DNA of 64,000 nt, taken from Plasmodiophora brassicae. Lineage: Eukaryota. Location: positions 1 to 64,000 of the forward strand of contig CP145424.1 in assembly GCA_036867785.1 (NCBI GenBank). The letters are read 5' to 3'. The notes under the pieces were generated by a model that made no database searches, was not told the origin of the DNA, and saw nothing but the letters and a program-made list of their open reading frames with translations. Positions 49,484-62,000 of the stretch are shown here, piece by piece; the stretch's first letter is position 1, and each line of letters opens with the position of its first letter. The position numbers were made by a program, and so were the translations under genes.

Positions 49484-50924
49484 TTAGCTACAATCAAAAA
49501 TGCGCGCCGTCTGCGCGCCGTTCACTTCAACAGCGCTGGGGTAACCCCTCCCTTCCGACTGTCACCCAACGCAGCGTGCCAACGATAAACGCCAAGAACG
49601 AGACAAAGGCAGTTTCGAACTCGTCTCGCCGCAAGGAATCCAACGAACGAAACTCTGACGTACAAAACCTTATATCTGCCAAATATTACATTTAACAAGA
49701 CCCCCACCCCCAAATGACAGCGAGCGGAAAGTCCGCGGAGAACATTAGGGGGGGTCGTATTCTTTGTAAAATACGGTAGTCCGTCAAGGGTTTGTTGCGG
49801 TAGATGCCCGACACCCCTTGAAGCCAGGAACACTGTATCATGGTGGAACGCTCTTCGTGTTGGAGTCGCCGCTCTTCAATCTGGAGCCCCGACGCGCATC
49901 GAGCTCCCGCCGCAGCTATCGCGATCCGCGTAGCGGTTCCAGACCGACACGGCTGTCCCGAGGACGGCAGCGGCGATGACTGCAATGAATACAATGAGAA
50001 CGCTGTCCATCGGCCGGTTCTGCACGGAAAGTGTTTACCCGCGGCAAATGTTATCCATTGGTCGCTTGAAATGACCCAGCACAAAACGTCAACTGCCTCG
50101 TTAGGTGCTTCCTTACATTGACAAATACCGGTACATGAACGACCATGGTATACCGACTCGTTGGAGCTCAGTGGATAATATTTCATACACGGCGCTATTG
50201 GTGTTGCCGGCCTGAAACGATTCATCTGGTGGCCATTGAGAAGCCAAGTGACCATCGGCACCAGGGACCCTTCCTTGAGCACGCTGCCTTGTTTCACGTG
50301 AGGAGGTTCGTGTGTCGCCGAAGCAGACTCCGAGGAATGGCGCTCCGTCCTGCCAGCACGGGCGTCGACAGCGCTTCCGCTTTCAACCCTGCCGACCAGC
50401 GCGTAAAACGCGTACATGATCGGTCTATTGAGCGCCTCATCACGAGATAGCCTTCTCAGTTTAGGGAATGGAGACCATCGTACAAACAAGTAAGCCCTCA
50501 TCGCAGGTATACCATGCCAGAGAAATGGCAGGCGTTAGAATTCGTGTAGAGCAAGCTGCACAGCTCGTATCCGTGTCCCGCCAAACTAACGCCAGTCATT
50601 TCTCTGGCATGGTATACCTGCCAGGAGGGCTTTCGATTTTGTACGATGGTCTCCATTCCCCTAAACTGGGGGTCGCTTGTAGGGCGCGCAACGGGATCGA
50701 CCCGGCCCAGCGCTGATCCCCACCGGCGTGCGAACGATTATTAGTGATGCGTGGCGTGCTCTGCGACAACGACGTCGGCGGACTCCGCCACGGACTCCGT
50801 CGTCATTTGACGGCCGCACCGTTCAGCGACCTGGTCGTCGTCGCCGCCGAAACAGCCACAGGTATGCGCGCTGCGAACGGGAACGCGTCCGCCCCATGCG
50901 CCTGACGGTCGTCTACGTCGCAGG

Positions 50925-51593
50925 ATGTCCGTTCAACCGACGACGAACGCGGCCGGGCAACCGGAGGTGCAGTTCAAGATCATTCTGGTCGGCGACGGTG
51001 GCGTCGGCAAGACGACGTTCGTGAAGCGGCACCTGACGGGTGAATTCGAGCGCCGGTACATCGCGACGATGGGCGTTGAGGTGCACCCGTTGAAGTTCTC
51101 GACCAACTTCGGCACGATCATCTTCAACGTCTGGGATACGGCCGGGCAGGAGAAGTTTGGCGGCCTTCGCGACGGGTACTACATCAACGGCAACGCCGCC
51201 ATCATCATGTTCGACGTGACGTCGCGCGTCACCTACCAGAACGTCCCGCAGTGGCATCGCGACCTGACGCGCGTCTGCGAGAACATCCCGATCGTGCTGT
51301 GCGGCAACAAGGTCGACGTCAAGGACCGGAAGGTGAAGCCGAAGGCGATCATGTTCCATCGCAAGAAGCCGAACATCCAGTACTACGACGTGTCGGCCAA
51401 GTCGAACTACAACTTCGAGAAGCCGTTCCTGTGGATGGCCCGGAAGCTGGTCAACAACCAGAACCTGGTGTTCGTCGAGCAGCCCAGCCTGCAGCCGCCC
51501 GCCGTCCAGGTCGACATGAGCCTCATGCAGGAGTACCAGCAGCAGTTCGAGGCCGCACAAGCCGTCCCGCTGCCCGAGGACGACGACTTCTAG
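50925..51593 (+). CDS. RAN: GTP-binding nuclear protein Ran
   Basis: [53 protein letters not shown] and an acidic tail; probable 5'-UTR intron at 50862-50923. Confidence 0.98.
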   Translation: MSVQPTTNAAGQPEVQFKIILVGDGGVGKTTFVKRHLTGEFERRYIATMGVEVHPLKFSTNFGTIIFNVWDTAGQEKFGGLRDGYYINGNAAIIMFDVTSRVTYQNVPQWHRDLTRVCENIPIVLCGNKVDVKDRKVKPKAIMFHRKKPNIQYYDVSAKSNYNFEKPFLWMARKLVNNQNLVFVEQPSLQPPAVQVDMSLMQEYQQQFEAAQAVPLPEDDDF

Positions 51594-53021
51594 ACGCACG
51601 CCCCCGCACGCAGCACCACCGTCTATCGTCGACCGAATAAAATACACGCTTCCGCTTTCCAGCCCGCGGCTGCTGCTTCGTGGTCTACCACAGTGAGTAT
51701 ATCTCTGCACGACTACCACTGGACCCGACGTTGACAACGCGTGTCTGATCGGCTCCGCTTCTACATGTCCATCGGTGTTCTCGTGCGCAGCGGGGGTCAT
51801 ATCTCGCGAGGAACGGTTGCTGTGGGACGATCGTCGCCGCCCTGATGACCATGGTCGCGCCCGTCTCGACGTCGGCGGCGACTGCGACGCAGGCGGTTCC
51901 GGTGGCGGCGGGCGGTGTCAACGGCAACGATGACGGGGAAGCCGGCGTCGTCCAGCCCCGTGTCGAACAGCGTCACGCGGCGTCGCTCGGCCATCCCTCC
52001 ACGGGGGGCGCCCTGGGGCACCGCCGACCCGACCGATATCCGAATGGCGCGACGGGGGACGACTGCAGCGAGCAGCAGCAGCACACACTGCGACTGCGGG
52101 TTGGCGTTACCGCCCACAGTGACGGTCGCGATCCGAAAATACGCCAACTGAGGGCGCGCCTGCCAGCTGCCTCGACAGGCCGTGGCCGAGACTGCAGAGC
52201 CACATGGACGGCCAGAACAACGAACGAAGGGCATTCGGAATCAGGACAAGCTGTGTGTTTACCGGTGTGTGGGCTACGTGTGGAGGGACGGGATACGGTT
52301 ATCGTTTCGCGTACCCCTGCATGTCCTTGTGCAGCGGCACGACCTTGCGCTGCGTGATGGATTTGGCCGGTGGCGCCGGCGCCGACGGCGACCGGATACG
52401 GGTCATCGCCAACCGGCTGTTGTCGAACGGGATCCAGTGGCCATCCACCAGGTCGGCGTCGTTCTCGGCGGGCTGGGTGACGGCGCGGACGGCCACGGGG
52501 ACGACGGGCGGGTCGGCCCCCGGGTCAGCGAAAACGGACCCGAGCAGCGGCCACTGCGAGTCGTGCGGCGACGGCGTGTCCAGTGCCGCGGTGCGAAACG
52601 GGTGCATTACGCGGTGGGGCGCCGGTCGCCAATCGCTCCTTGGTCGACAACGGGGTCGGGCGCGCAGCGCAACACTGCAACGGGCAATCGGCGGGACGTT
52701 ACCAATTCGAGGCCTCGGCCGCACCCCATCGGGCGGCAGACAGAGGGCAGCCCTGCTGCTGCTGCCTGGAACCCGAATAAGCGCCCCCGACGCAGGTCAA
52801 GCGCCGCCGATATCAATACCCCACGGAGTCCGTCACGGTGTCCGTGGAGTACGCCCCCGTCCACCCCTTCCGTCCAGGCGAATCACGCCAACGTCCGCCA
52901 GACGCGCGCACGTCCCCACGTGCTGCTGCTGTCTGTGGACCTGCCGACGACGAAACGAGTACAGGTTTCCTCATAAAGCGCGTCTTTATTGCCACGCGAG
53001 CCGTGGAACGTGTGGAGCCCT

Positions 53022-56000
53022 TCAGTCCGGCTGGACGAACAGGGCGACGGGGCGTCGGGCCCACTCGTCGGCGGGCGACGACGACTGCACGGGCAGATCT
53101 GGACAGAGACACGCTGACGGTCAGAACGTGCTGCTGGGCGCGCGCACGAAACGACCGGCCGCACCAATGTATCCTAGGAGCTGGTCCTCGCGCTCGTCCA
53201 CGCCCACGTGCATCCGCGCCGCCGTCCGGAACAGGGGCGTGCTGACGACCGGCGACGACGATGACGCATCGGCAACGACGACCACGAGCCTGTGCCACGC
53301 CGTTTGTGTGTGTGTCAGCGCACGCGCTGCGGGCGGCAACGTCCAGCGACCGGCATTACCGAACGGTCGGCAGGTGGCACACGGCGGCGTCGTCGGTGGC
53401 CGTCAGGCAGGCGGCGGCGGCGTCCCAGGACGCACCGCGCAGGTGCAGGCCGCGCACCAGGACGCCGCCCGCACCCTGCGCCGCCGCCGCCGCCGCACAG
53501 CAGCGAATGGACGCGCCGGCCGGCACCGGCAGCGCCGCCTCGAGCCAGGCGCGCGGGTCGACGAACGCCCCCAGCCAGACAGGGCCGGCGTCGGTGTCGT
53601 CGCCCCTGAAGAACGACGCGCGCTCGGCCAGGTCGGCGAGCCAGGCCGACGCCGTCCGCCCGGGCGACGACGGGAGCGCGCGCGCCCACGCCGCCGGCAC
53701 GCGGTCGTCGCCGGCGATCGCGTCGCGCACGTCGGCGTCGACCGGGCGCGCCGACAGCGACCGCCGGACGGCGTCGACGACCCGGGCGACCCGGTGCGCC
53801 TCGCGCCGCACGACCGTCTCGACCGGGTCGTCGCTGGCGCCGTCGCCGCCCAGCGCCAGCGACGCCGGGCACCGGTCCAGGGCGTCGTCGACGACGCTGC
53901 TGTCGTCGTCGCCCGTCGCCGGGCGATCGGCCGTGGTCGGCGCCCGCAGCGACGACAGGACGCGCAGGAAGACCGCGGCGTCGGCGTCGTCGGGCGGCGC
54001 CGCCGTGTACGCGGGCACGTCGTCGTCGCCCGCTGTGAAGCAGTCGGCGGCGAGCAGGCGCAGGCGGCGGCGGTCGGTGCGCTCGGCGGACGCGCCGCCG
54101 TACACGACGTCGACGATCGTGTCGCGCAGGGCGTCCAGGTCGGCCGGGTCGGCGGCGTTGACGTGCGCGCGGATCGCCCGCTCGCCCAGGCGCCGCTCGG
54201 CGCCGGTTCGCAGCGGCGGCGCGTGCCACGTCGCGGCGCCGACGGCGACGTGGAACGCGTCCAGGCCGGCCAGCAGGCGTCGGGCGGCGGCCGGGCGGCG
54301 GCACCCGTCGAGCGATGCCGCGTGGGCGCCGGGCGACGACGCCTGCCAGGCGACGCGGGCGCAGCGCTGGACCAGGGCGGCGGGCAGGGGGGCGTGCGGC
54401 GCCGCGACCAGCACGAGGCGGAACGTTGCCGCCGCCGTCGCCGCCGTCGCATCGCCGTCCCTGTCGTCGTCGGCGGCGACGACGACCTCGTCGACGATCG
54501 CCCTGGCGAGGAACGCGGCGTCCAGGTGGCCGTTCTGGACGACGAGCCAGGCGCCCGACTGGCGCGCGTCGACGAGCAGCGCCGAGGCGCGTGCGCGCTG
54601 GGCCCGGGCGCCCAGCGCGACATGCAGGACGCGCTGGGCGACGGCGCCCTGGAGCAGGGCGGGCAGCGGGTCGTCGTCGTCGTCGGCGACGAGCAGGACG
54701 ACGGGGACGCGGGGCGACCCGTGCCGGGCGACGCCCGCCGCCAGGTCGTCGCTGCTGGGTGGCGTCGCGGGCGTCGCCGGCAACGCCTCGTCGACGTACT
54801 GGCGGGTGGCGGCCAGCAGGCGGGCGGGGGGGAGCAACACCTTGGCGACGATCAGGCGCTGGAAGGGCGTCAGGCGGTCGCGCAGGGCGACGTCGGGGAT
54901 CGGCGCCATCGTCGTCGTCGCAAAGTACGCCGCCCAGGCGTCCGGGTGCGTGCCGAGCGACTGGCCCAGGCCCTGGAAGGTGGCCAGGGCGGACAGGCCG
55001 ACGACGTCGGTCCAGGCGCGCTGCGTCATCCAGGGGCGGGCGCAGGCGGGGATGCCGGCGGGCAGGTCGGTGCCGGCGGCGGACGGCGGCCCGCCCAGGA
55101 ACAGGTCCCAGTCGGCGTCGGCGAGGCGGTGCGCGCGCCGGTCCCCGTGCACGGCGACCAGGAAGCGGAACAGGTCGGCGTGGGCGGCGAACATGGACGC
55201 GGACGCCGACGCGAGGAACGCCCGGGTCAGGTCGTCCAGCAGGGCCGGCGGCGTCGATCGCCCGGCGCCGTCCAGGCACCGGGCGAACCCGTCCATGAAG
55301 GCGTCCAGCGGGAACTGGTACATGGGGGACACCTGCGCGCGCGCGTGTCAGACACGCTCCCGGACGACGACATTGACGACGTACCGACGACATGTCGCAC
55401 ATGGCAAAGTAGATGGCCGAGGCGCGCTCGGCGACGACGCGGTAGGGCTCGCGCGCCACCTCGATCTGGACGAGCGTGGCCTCGGACTCGGCGACGTCCG
55501 CCTCGAGCGCGCGCGCCATCGTCTCGCTGGTCGACAGCGTCGTCGCCAGGTCGGCGTCGTCGAGGAGGCCGGCGGCGGACGACGCCAGCAGGGACAGGAT
55601 GCGGTCGTCGAGGTCGGCCAGCTGGCGCCGGCCGTCGGCGACCTGGCGCAGCAGGCCGGCGTGGCGCTGGTCGAGGTCGGGGCGCTCGATGCGCGCCGCG
55701 ATCGTCAGCAGGTGCTGGTCGAGGACGTGCGGCACGAGGCGGAAGTCGACGACGGTGACGAGGGCGGAGGCGCGCGCCGACAGGCCCGCGTCCAGCAGCC
55801 GGGTCGTCAGGTACAGGCGGAAGTCGGCGTGGTACGGGATGGCGGCGCCGCCCTCGCCCATCTGCAGGTGCCAGGGGCCGCCGGCGCCCCCCTTCCGGAA
55901 CAGCTGCTTGACGAGGATGGCGTCCAGCAGGCGCCGGTGCCGGTCCAGGTCGCCGGCGCCGACGTCCTCGATCAGGACGGGTTCGCCGGCGCGGATCGCC

Positions 56001-59000
56001 GCCTCGAGCACGGGGGCGCACGACGACGCCGCCGACGTCAGCGTCAGGACGCGGAGGCCCCGGGCCCTGCCCATGCGCTTCACCCAGCGGTTGCCCTGGC
56101 CCTGCGGGTCCAGCAGCAGGGGCCAGCGGCGCGCCCGCTCGACAATGACGCCGTTCTCCACCGAGTGCGCGTCGGGTGGCAGGCCGCTGGCGCACCAGGC
56201 GCGCACGACGACCGGGTCGGCGAACAGCGCCGCCAGGGCGTACGCCTGCGCGTCGACGACGGGCAGGGCGGCGTCGCGCGCGTACCCGACCCAGGCGCGC
56301 AGCAGGTCGCGGCGCGCCCCGTCCGACAGCGCGCCCGCGTACGTGATCTGGCCGGCCGCCAGCAGCGCGTCGCCGGGCAGCGTCCGGGCGGACGCGTCCA
56401 GGGCGTCGAGCGCCGCCTGCCAGCGCGCCTTCTGGCCGGAGAGGCGCGCGACGAGGTCCTCGGCGCGGGCCAGGCGCGCCCCGGTCGTGTCGACCAGGGC
56501 GCGCAGGTTGGCCTGCGCCGTCAGGCTGTCCTGGTAGCGGACGCGCAGGGCGGCCAGGCGCGCCTGCAGGTCGGCGAGCGCGTCCGTCTTGCCGGCCAGG
56601 AGGGCCTGGGCGCGCGCCAGGTCGTCCTGCGCCTGCTGCAGCGCCTTGCGCTTCGGCTCGATCTGGTCGGCGACCAGCGCGTACCGGTAGATGGCGCAGA
56701 CCCAGCTGCAGAGCGAGGTGGCCGCCAGCGACACGTTCCGGCAGTTGTCCGGGTCGAACTCGGCGTTGTCGATGTACACCTGCAGCTTCTTCATGGTGCG
56801 GTTCGAGATGGCGTCCTTGTCGAAGCGGCGCAGCAGGTCCAGGATCTGCATGTCCGACAGGAGGCGCTTGGCGGACGACCAGGTCTGCGGCTCGCCCATC
56901 AGCAGGCAGACGGCGGACATGACCAGCTCGACGAGCTTGGGCGGGTTGGCGAACGACTTCACGACGGCCAGGTCGTCCTTGTTGATCGTGTCGAGCGAGG
57001 CGACGGCGGCGTCCAGCGCCGGCATCGCCGCCGCCAGGTCGCGCTGGCACTCGTCGCGGATCGCCTCGACGCGCTGCGTCACGTCGGCGCAGTCGGCCGT
57101 GTCGCGCGCGCACGCGAACGACTGCTCGCCCACGACCTGCTGGTCGCGCTCCAGCACGGCCAGCAGGGCGGCCGTGTCCGCCGACGCCTGCGCCAGCTCC
57201 GGCTGCAGGCGCACCAGAGCCGCCCGCATCTGGTCGACGGCGGCGCCCGTCTCGCGCAGCTTGCCGAGGCCGCCGGCGTAGCGGTCGGCGCGCGCCCCCT
57301 GCTGCTCGCGCCGCTCCTGCACCAGCAGCAGGTAGATGCGGACGAGCTCCAGGAACGCGGCGGGGCCGGCGCCGCCGACGACCACGGATTCGTGCACGGC
57401 GACGCAGGCGCGCGTCGCGGCCGCCTCGATCGCGGGCGACAGGCCCAGGCGCGCCGCCTGCGCCCGCATGAACTGCTGGGCGATGCAGACGAGGGCGTCG
57501 TGCGACCACGCCTGCAGGCGGTCGACCGTGCACCGGGCCAGCAGCGCCGGGGGCAGCAGGGCGTCCCCGGCGGCGGCGGCGGCGACGACGGCGTGGAGGT
57601 TGGCGCGCAGCGCCCCCAGCAGGTGGTCGACGATCTCGTCCGGCGTCGACAGGCCGGCGTGGCCCAGCGACTCGGCGTTGACCTGGACGCGGCGCAGCAG
57701 GTCGTCGAGGTCGGCGGCGCCCCGCCCGTACATGGCGCAGATGCGCTCGCGGTTGCCGGTGACCAGGGCGACGACGTCGTCCAGCGTGCGCTGGGCGACC
57801 GGGCGCCCGCCGCCGTCGCCGTCGACGGACCCCTCCAGGTTGACGAGCAGGACGACGCGGCGGTGGTCGACGACGGCGACCTCGAGCGCTCGCCGGATCG
57901 ACGCCTGCAGCGGGTCGTTGCCGTCGTCGTCGCCGTCGTCGTCGTACTCGCTGGCCGCGTCCAGGTCGACGGCGACGCATTCGGCGCCGGCAATGTGGGC
58001 CGCCAGGCGCGTCAGGCTGCGACGGCCGCAGCCGGCCGGGCCGACCAGGACCAGGTGGCCGCCGGGGACGCCCAGGACGCGCCCGATGCGCAGCAGGTGG
58101 GCGACGGCCTCGGGGAACATGACCAGGTGCATCGGGCGCGTCGCGTGCGCCTGGTTGTATCGCTCGAGGTGCGCGCCGATCACCGCATCGAGGCTACCGC
58201 CGACGACCTCGCCGTACGTGGCGCGCCCGGCTACGACGTCGCCGAACTGGAGCGCGGCGTCGTCGGCGGACGGGTCGACGGCGCCCGGGAATTTCTTCCC
58301 GAGCTGGTCGTGCAGGGCGGCGCTGAACGCCTGGAACGGGGCCGTGCCCGGCTCGAACCGGTCGCGGAACACGCGTCGCATTTCGTGGGCCCAGGCGCGC
58401 GCCAGCACCGTCGGCGTCAGCGTCGCCGGGGCGATGCGCGCGACGCCCTGGAACACGTCGTGCAGGGCGTGCAGGCCGTGCAGGGGCGCCACCTTGGCCA
58501 GCGCCGCGTACACCGTGCTGGTCATGGTGACGACGACCTCGCTCAGCTTCTCCATGTCCTTCGCCTGGCGCAGGACGCCCGTGACGATGGGGCCGAACAC
58601 GGACGCGAAGCACGCCTCGTTGGGGTCGGCCCACGACACCACGTGGAAGTGCCGAAGCAGGCGCGGGTGCCACGCGAGGTCGTGCGCCGCCGACGTTTGC
58701 AACGCGCCGACGAACACGCAGTCGACGAGGCGTTTGAATTGCAGGCCGCGGTCGTGTTCGTGGTAGCCGCCGCCGCCGCCGACCGCGTTCCGGATCAGTT
58801 CGACGGGGCCGGGGCCCGCCTCGTGCAGGTCGTCGACGAAGACGACCAGTTTCTTGCCGACGGGCGGGCCGACCACGCCGCGACGTTTCGTCTCGAGGCG
58901 CGCCTCCACCTGCGCCTGCACCTGCGTCGACGTGGTCCACGACGCCAGCTGGACGGTGACGCCGACGAGCGCGTCGCGGTTCGCCCCGCCCAGGTACTCA

Positions 59001-62000
59001 TCGACGACCAGCGACGTCTTGCCGACGCCGGACGCCCCGACGAGCAACGAATGCGCGCCGACGGAAACGGCCAGCTCGAGGAGGTACTTGGCGCGCGCCG
59101 TCTCGAGCGTCGCGACGCGCAACGACGAGAAGGGCACGGACGGGTCGTAGGTGAACGGCGCCGACGGCCTCTGCGACCAGTGCTGGTACGAGGCGCGGTC
59201 GGCGCCCCCGACGTAGTAGTCGAACAGCGTGCCCTGCTCGGGAGGGAGCGGGACGCCCGTCGACCGGCCCTTGGCGAACCGCGACCGCAGGTAGGACGAC
59301 AGCGCCAGCTGCGAGCGCGAATCGCAGGTGGCGCCGGCCGACCAGACCAGCGCGAACAGGAAGTACATGGACAGGAGCCGGGCGGTGCTCTCCTGGGTGC
59401 CGGCGGCGGCGCTGCCGTCGGACGCCAGGCCGCCGCCCGCCCGGTCGGGCTGAAGCAGGGCGTCCAGCAGCGACAGGAGCGTCGTCGTGAGCGTCGCCGG
59501 CGACGTCCTCCGGACGCGTTCCACGCAGGACGCCATGACCCAGGCGGCGACGGCGCTGGTGTGGTCGAGCAGCAGCGTGACGAGCGTCTCGTGGACGGGG
59601 TCGGGGAACCGCACGCGATAGTCCACCGCCCAGCGCCGGATCAGGGCCTCCGGGCTGACCAGGTCGGCCTCGAAGTGGATCACGGCGCATCGCACGATGG
59701 CGGCCGGGGCCGCATCGGCCAGGCTGCCCGCCTCGAAGACGATCGACACGGAAGGGGGCGCCAGCAGGCGCTCCCCCGTCGGCAGCGTCAGCAGGCGGTC
59801 GGCGGCCAGGCCGACGATGGGCGTGTCGGGCAGCGGCCCGTCGAACACGATGACGGAGCGGTCGGGCGACCGCACGATCCGGGTGACGATGCCGTCCGTC
59901 CACTTGCGCGTCGCCGGATGGCATTGCCCGACGAGCAGCCGGGGCGGGACGGCGACCGTCGATATGGCGTGGCGGGCGACCGGCGCGCCCGACGCCAGGC
60001 GGGACATCGCGCCGACCGCCAGCGCCGTGCACAGCGACTTGCCCGAGGCGGGCGCGCCGACCAGGATGACGGCCCGGCGATCGCGCAGGGCGCCGTGCAG
60101 GTCGTCGACCTTGCGCAGGAACCGAGCGCCCAGGTCGGCCGACGCCCAGCTCTGCGCCGCCAGCTCGGCGGCAACCGCCGCGCCGACGCCGTCGTCGTCG
60201 CCCTTCGTCACAGCGGCGGCGTCGTCGTCGAGCGCGACGCCAAACAGCTTCCGCGTCATGGCCCGCAGCACGCCATGGTCGGCATCGCTCAGACCGGGTC
60301 CCAGTTCGTGAAGCGCGGCGCGCGCGATCGTCGACGCCGTCGGCGGGCGCGCCGGCGACGACGCGATGATGCGTCGCAGCGACGCCAGGCGGCCGATGGC
60401 AGGCGCCGACGGCAGCAGCCGGAAGGAGGAGAGGAGTCGCGACAGCGAGAACGCCACTGCGCGTGCGTCGTCGTCGTTGACGAGGCCCTGGCGCGCGAGT
60501 AGCGCAGCGGCGACGACGCGCGGGTCCGGCTCCGACATGGTGACGGGGCGGAACGCGGCGCGAAGGTTGTCTGGGAGGACCGGGGGCGACCCGGGTCGGT
60601 CGTACGAGATGGTGGCCAGCAGCCCGGCGGACGCGTTCAGGGCGATCAGGCGGCCCTCGAAGAAGAAGTCGGGGCGCGACGCCAGCAGGGCCTGCTGCAG
60701 CGTGAAGGCGTGCTGGCCGATCAGGGACAGGATGTCCACCGGCGCACGCTGGATGTCGTCGAGGCAGACGAGCGACCCCGACTGGGCGACCCCGGCGAAC
60801 ATCTGCCCGATCGCCGCGCTGTCCTGCAGTGCACTGCCCGCCACGACCAGGCAGTACGCGCCGAGCGCCGCCGACAGCTCCACGATCGTCGCCGTCTTGC
60901 CCGCCCCGATGTGCCCACCGACCAGCGCCCCGTAATGGGCGGCGTACGCCGACGCCACCACCAGGTTGCATCGCGACGCCTCCGGCGTCGGCACCAGGCG
61001 CCGCACCTGGCCGAAGTACTCGTAGCCGTACCTACGCGAACCATCGCCGCGTCAGTGGCGCATTTGACAAACAAAAAACCGCAAACCGAAACAAAAACAC
61101 GCGCGGCAGCACCGTCGCATCACGCGATGCGGCCGCGCGTCAAAAACGAAAAACAATCCGCGACAGGCCCGCACTGCGCCGCAAACATGCGCCAGTCGAA
61201 CGCGACGTTCTCAATCGGGAAACGGCATTTGCGGGAAACCGAGCTGCGCGTACCGGAAGGTGGCATCGCCGATGCGGACGATGCAGTGGGCGTCGGCGCG
61301 GTCCCAGTAGTAGCGCAGGTGGCGGTTCCAGGTCGTGCGCCGGCCGGCGTCGTCGTCCGCGTCGACGAGCGCCGCGAGTAGGTCGCGATCCCGGATCGCC
61401 ACCAGGACGGCGTCGCCGGCATCGGCGTCGTCGACCATCTTGGCGAGGTCGACGCGGTGCTGGTCGGCCAGGGCCTGCAGGGCGGGGCGGCCCTGCGCGA
61501 CCGCACGTTCGATTCGACTGGTCGACGCGATCTCGTCGGCGACGACGATGGCCTGCGACGGCACGAGTGCGGAGCGGCGGTCGTCGGCGGCGGCGGCTCG
61601 GATGTGTTCGCGAAGGCTGCGACGACTGGCGCGATCGATCGCGTGGAGCCAGTCCTCAATGTTCCCAGCGATGTCCGCGCGTTCCTCGAGCTGCATCGCC
61701 TCGCCGTTCGGGCCCAGGACGGCCACGAGCTGGACGATGTCGCCCCCGGCATGCACCAGACGCAAGTCGGTGAGGCCCGCGAAGACCTTCGGCAGGCTGG
61801 GCTGGAGGTCGGCGGGCGCGCGTGTTCGCGACAGCATGTGGAGCATCTCGTCGTCGGACAGGAAGTACAGGCGCGGGAAGCGGATCCGCTTCGTCTCCAG
61901 GTACTGCTGCAGGCTCTTGTGCAGGCTGTCCAGCTCGTTGTTGGCATTGGTCAGCGTGGTCAGGACGCCCGGCGCCGAGCAGGCCTGCAGCACGTTGGGC

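Larger units (their letters stand above)
47537..49776 (-). mobile_element. pogo-like (Tc1/mariner superfamily) DNA transposon, 2240 bp
   Basis: 29-bp TIRs CCGTATTTTACAAAGAATACGACCCCCCC at 47537-47565 and 49748-49776; TA duplication at 47535-47536 and 49777-49778. Confidence 0.95.

Noticed and set aside
49692-50501. 269-aa minus-strand ORF right of the pogo element
   Set aside because: It has a non-ATG start, crosses the TIR and shows no recognisable motif.
50460-50670. Isolated TTTAGGG / CCCTAAA words (also at 8102)
   Set aside because: Single units are expected by chance and do not form interstitial telomere arrays.
51797-52724. Possible minus-strand gene between Ran and dynein
   Set aside because: It has coding-like composition, but I could not support a motif or a consistent exon chain.
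53261-60502. 2413-aa plus-strand ORF, 1184-aa ORF at 52204-55758 and other long ORFs opposite dynein
   Set aside because: These are antisense shadows of a very GC-rich real gene, with Arg/Ala/Ser-rich low-information translations.
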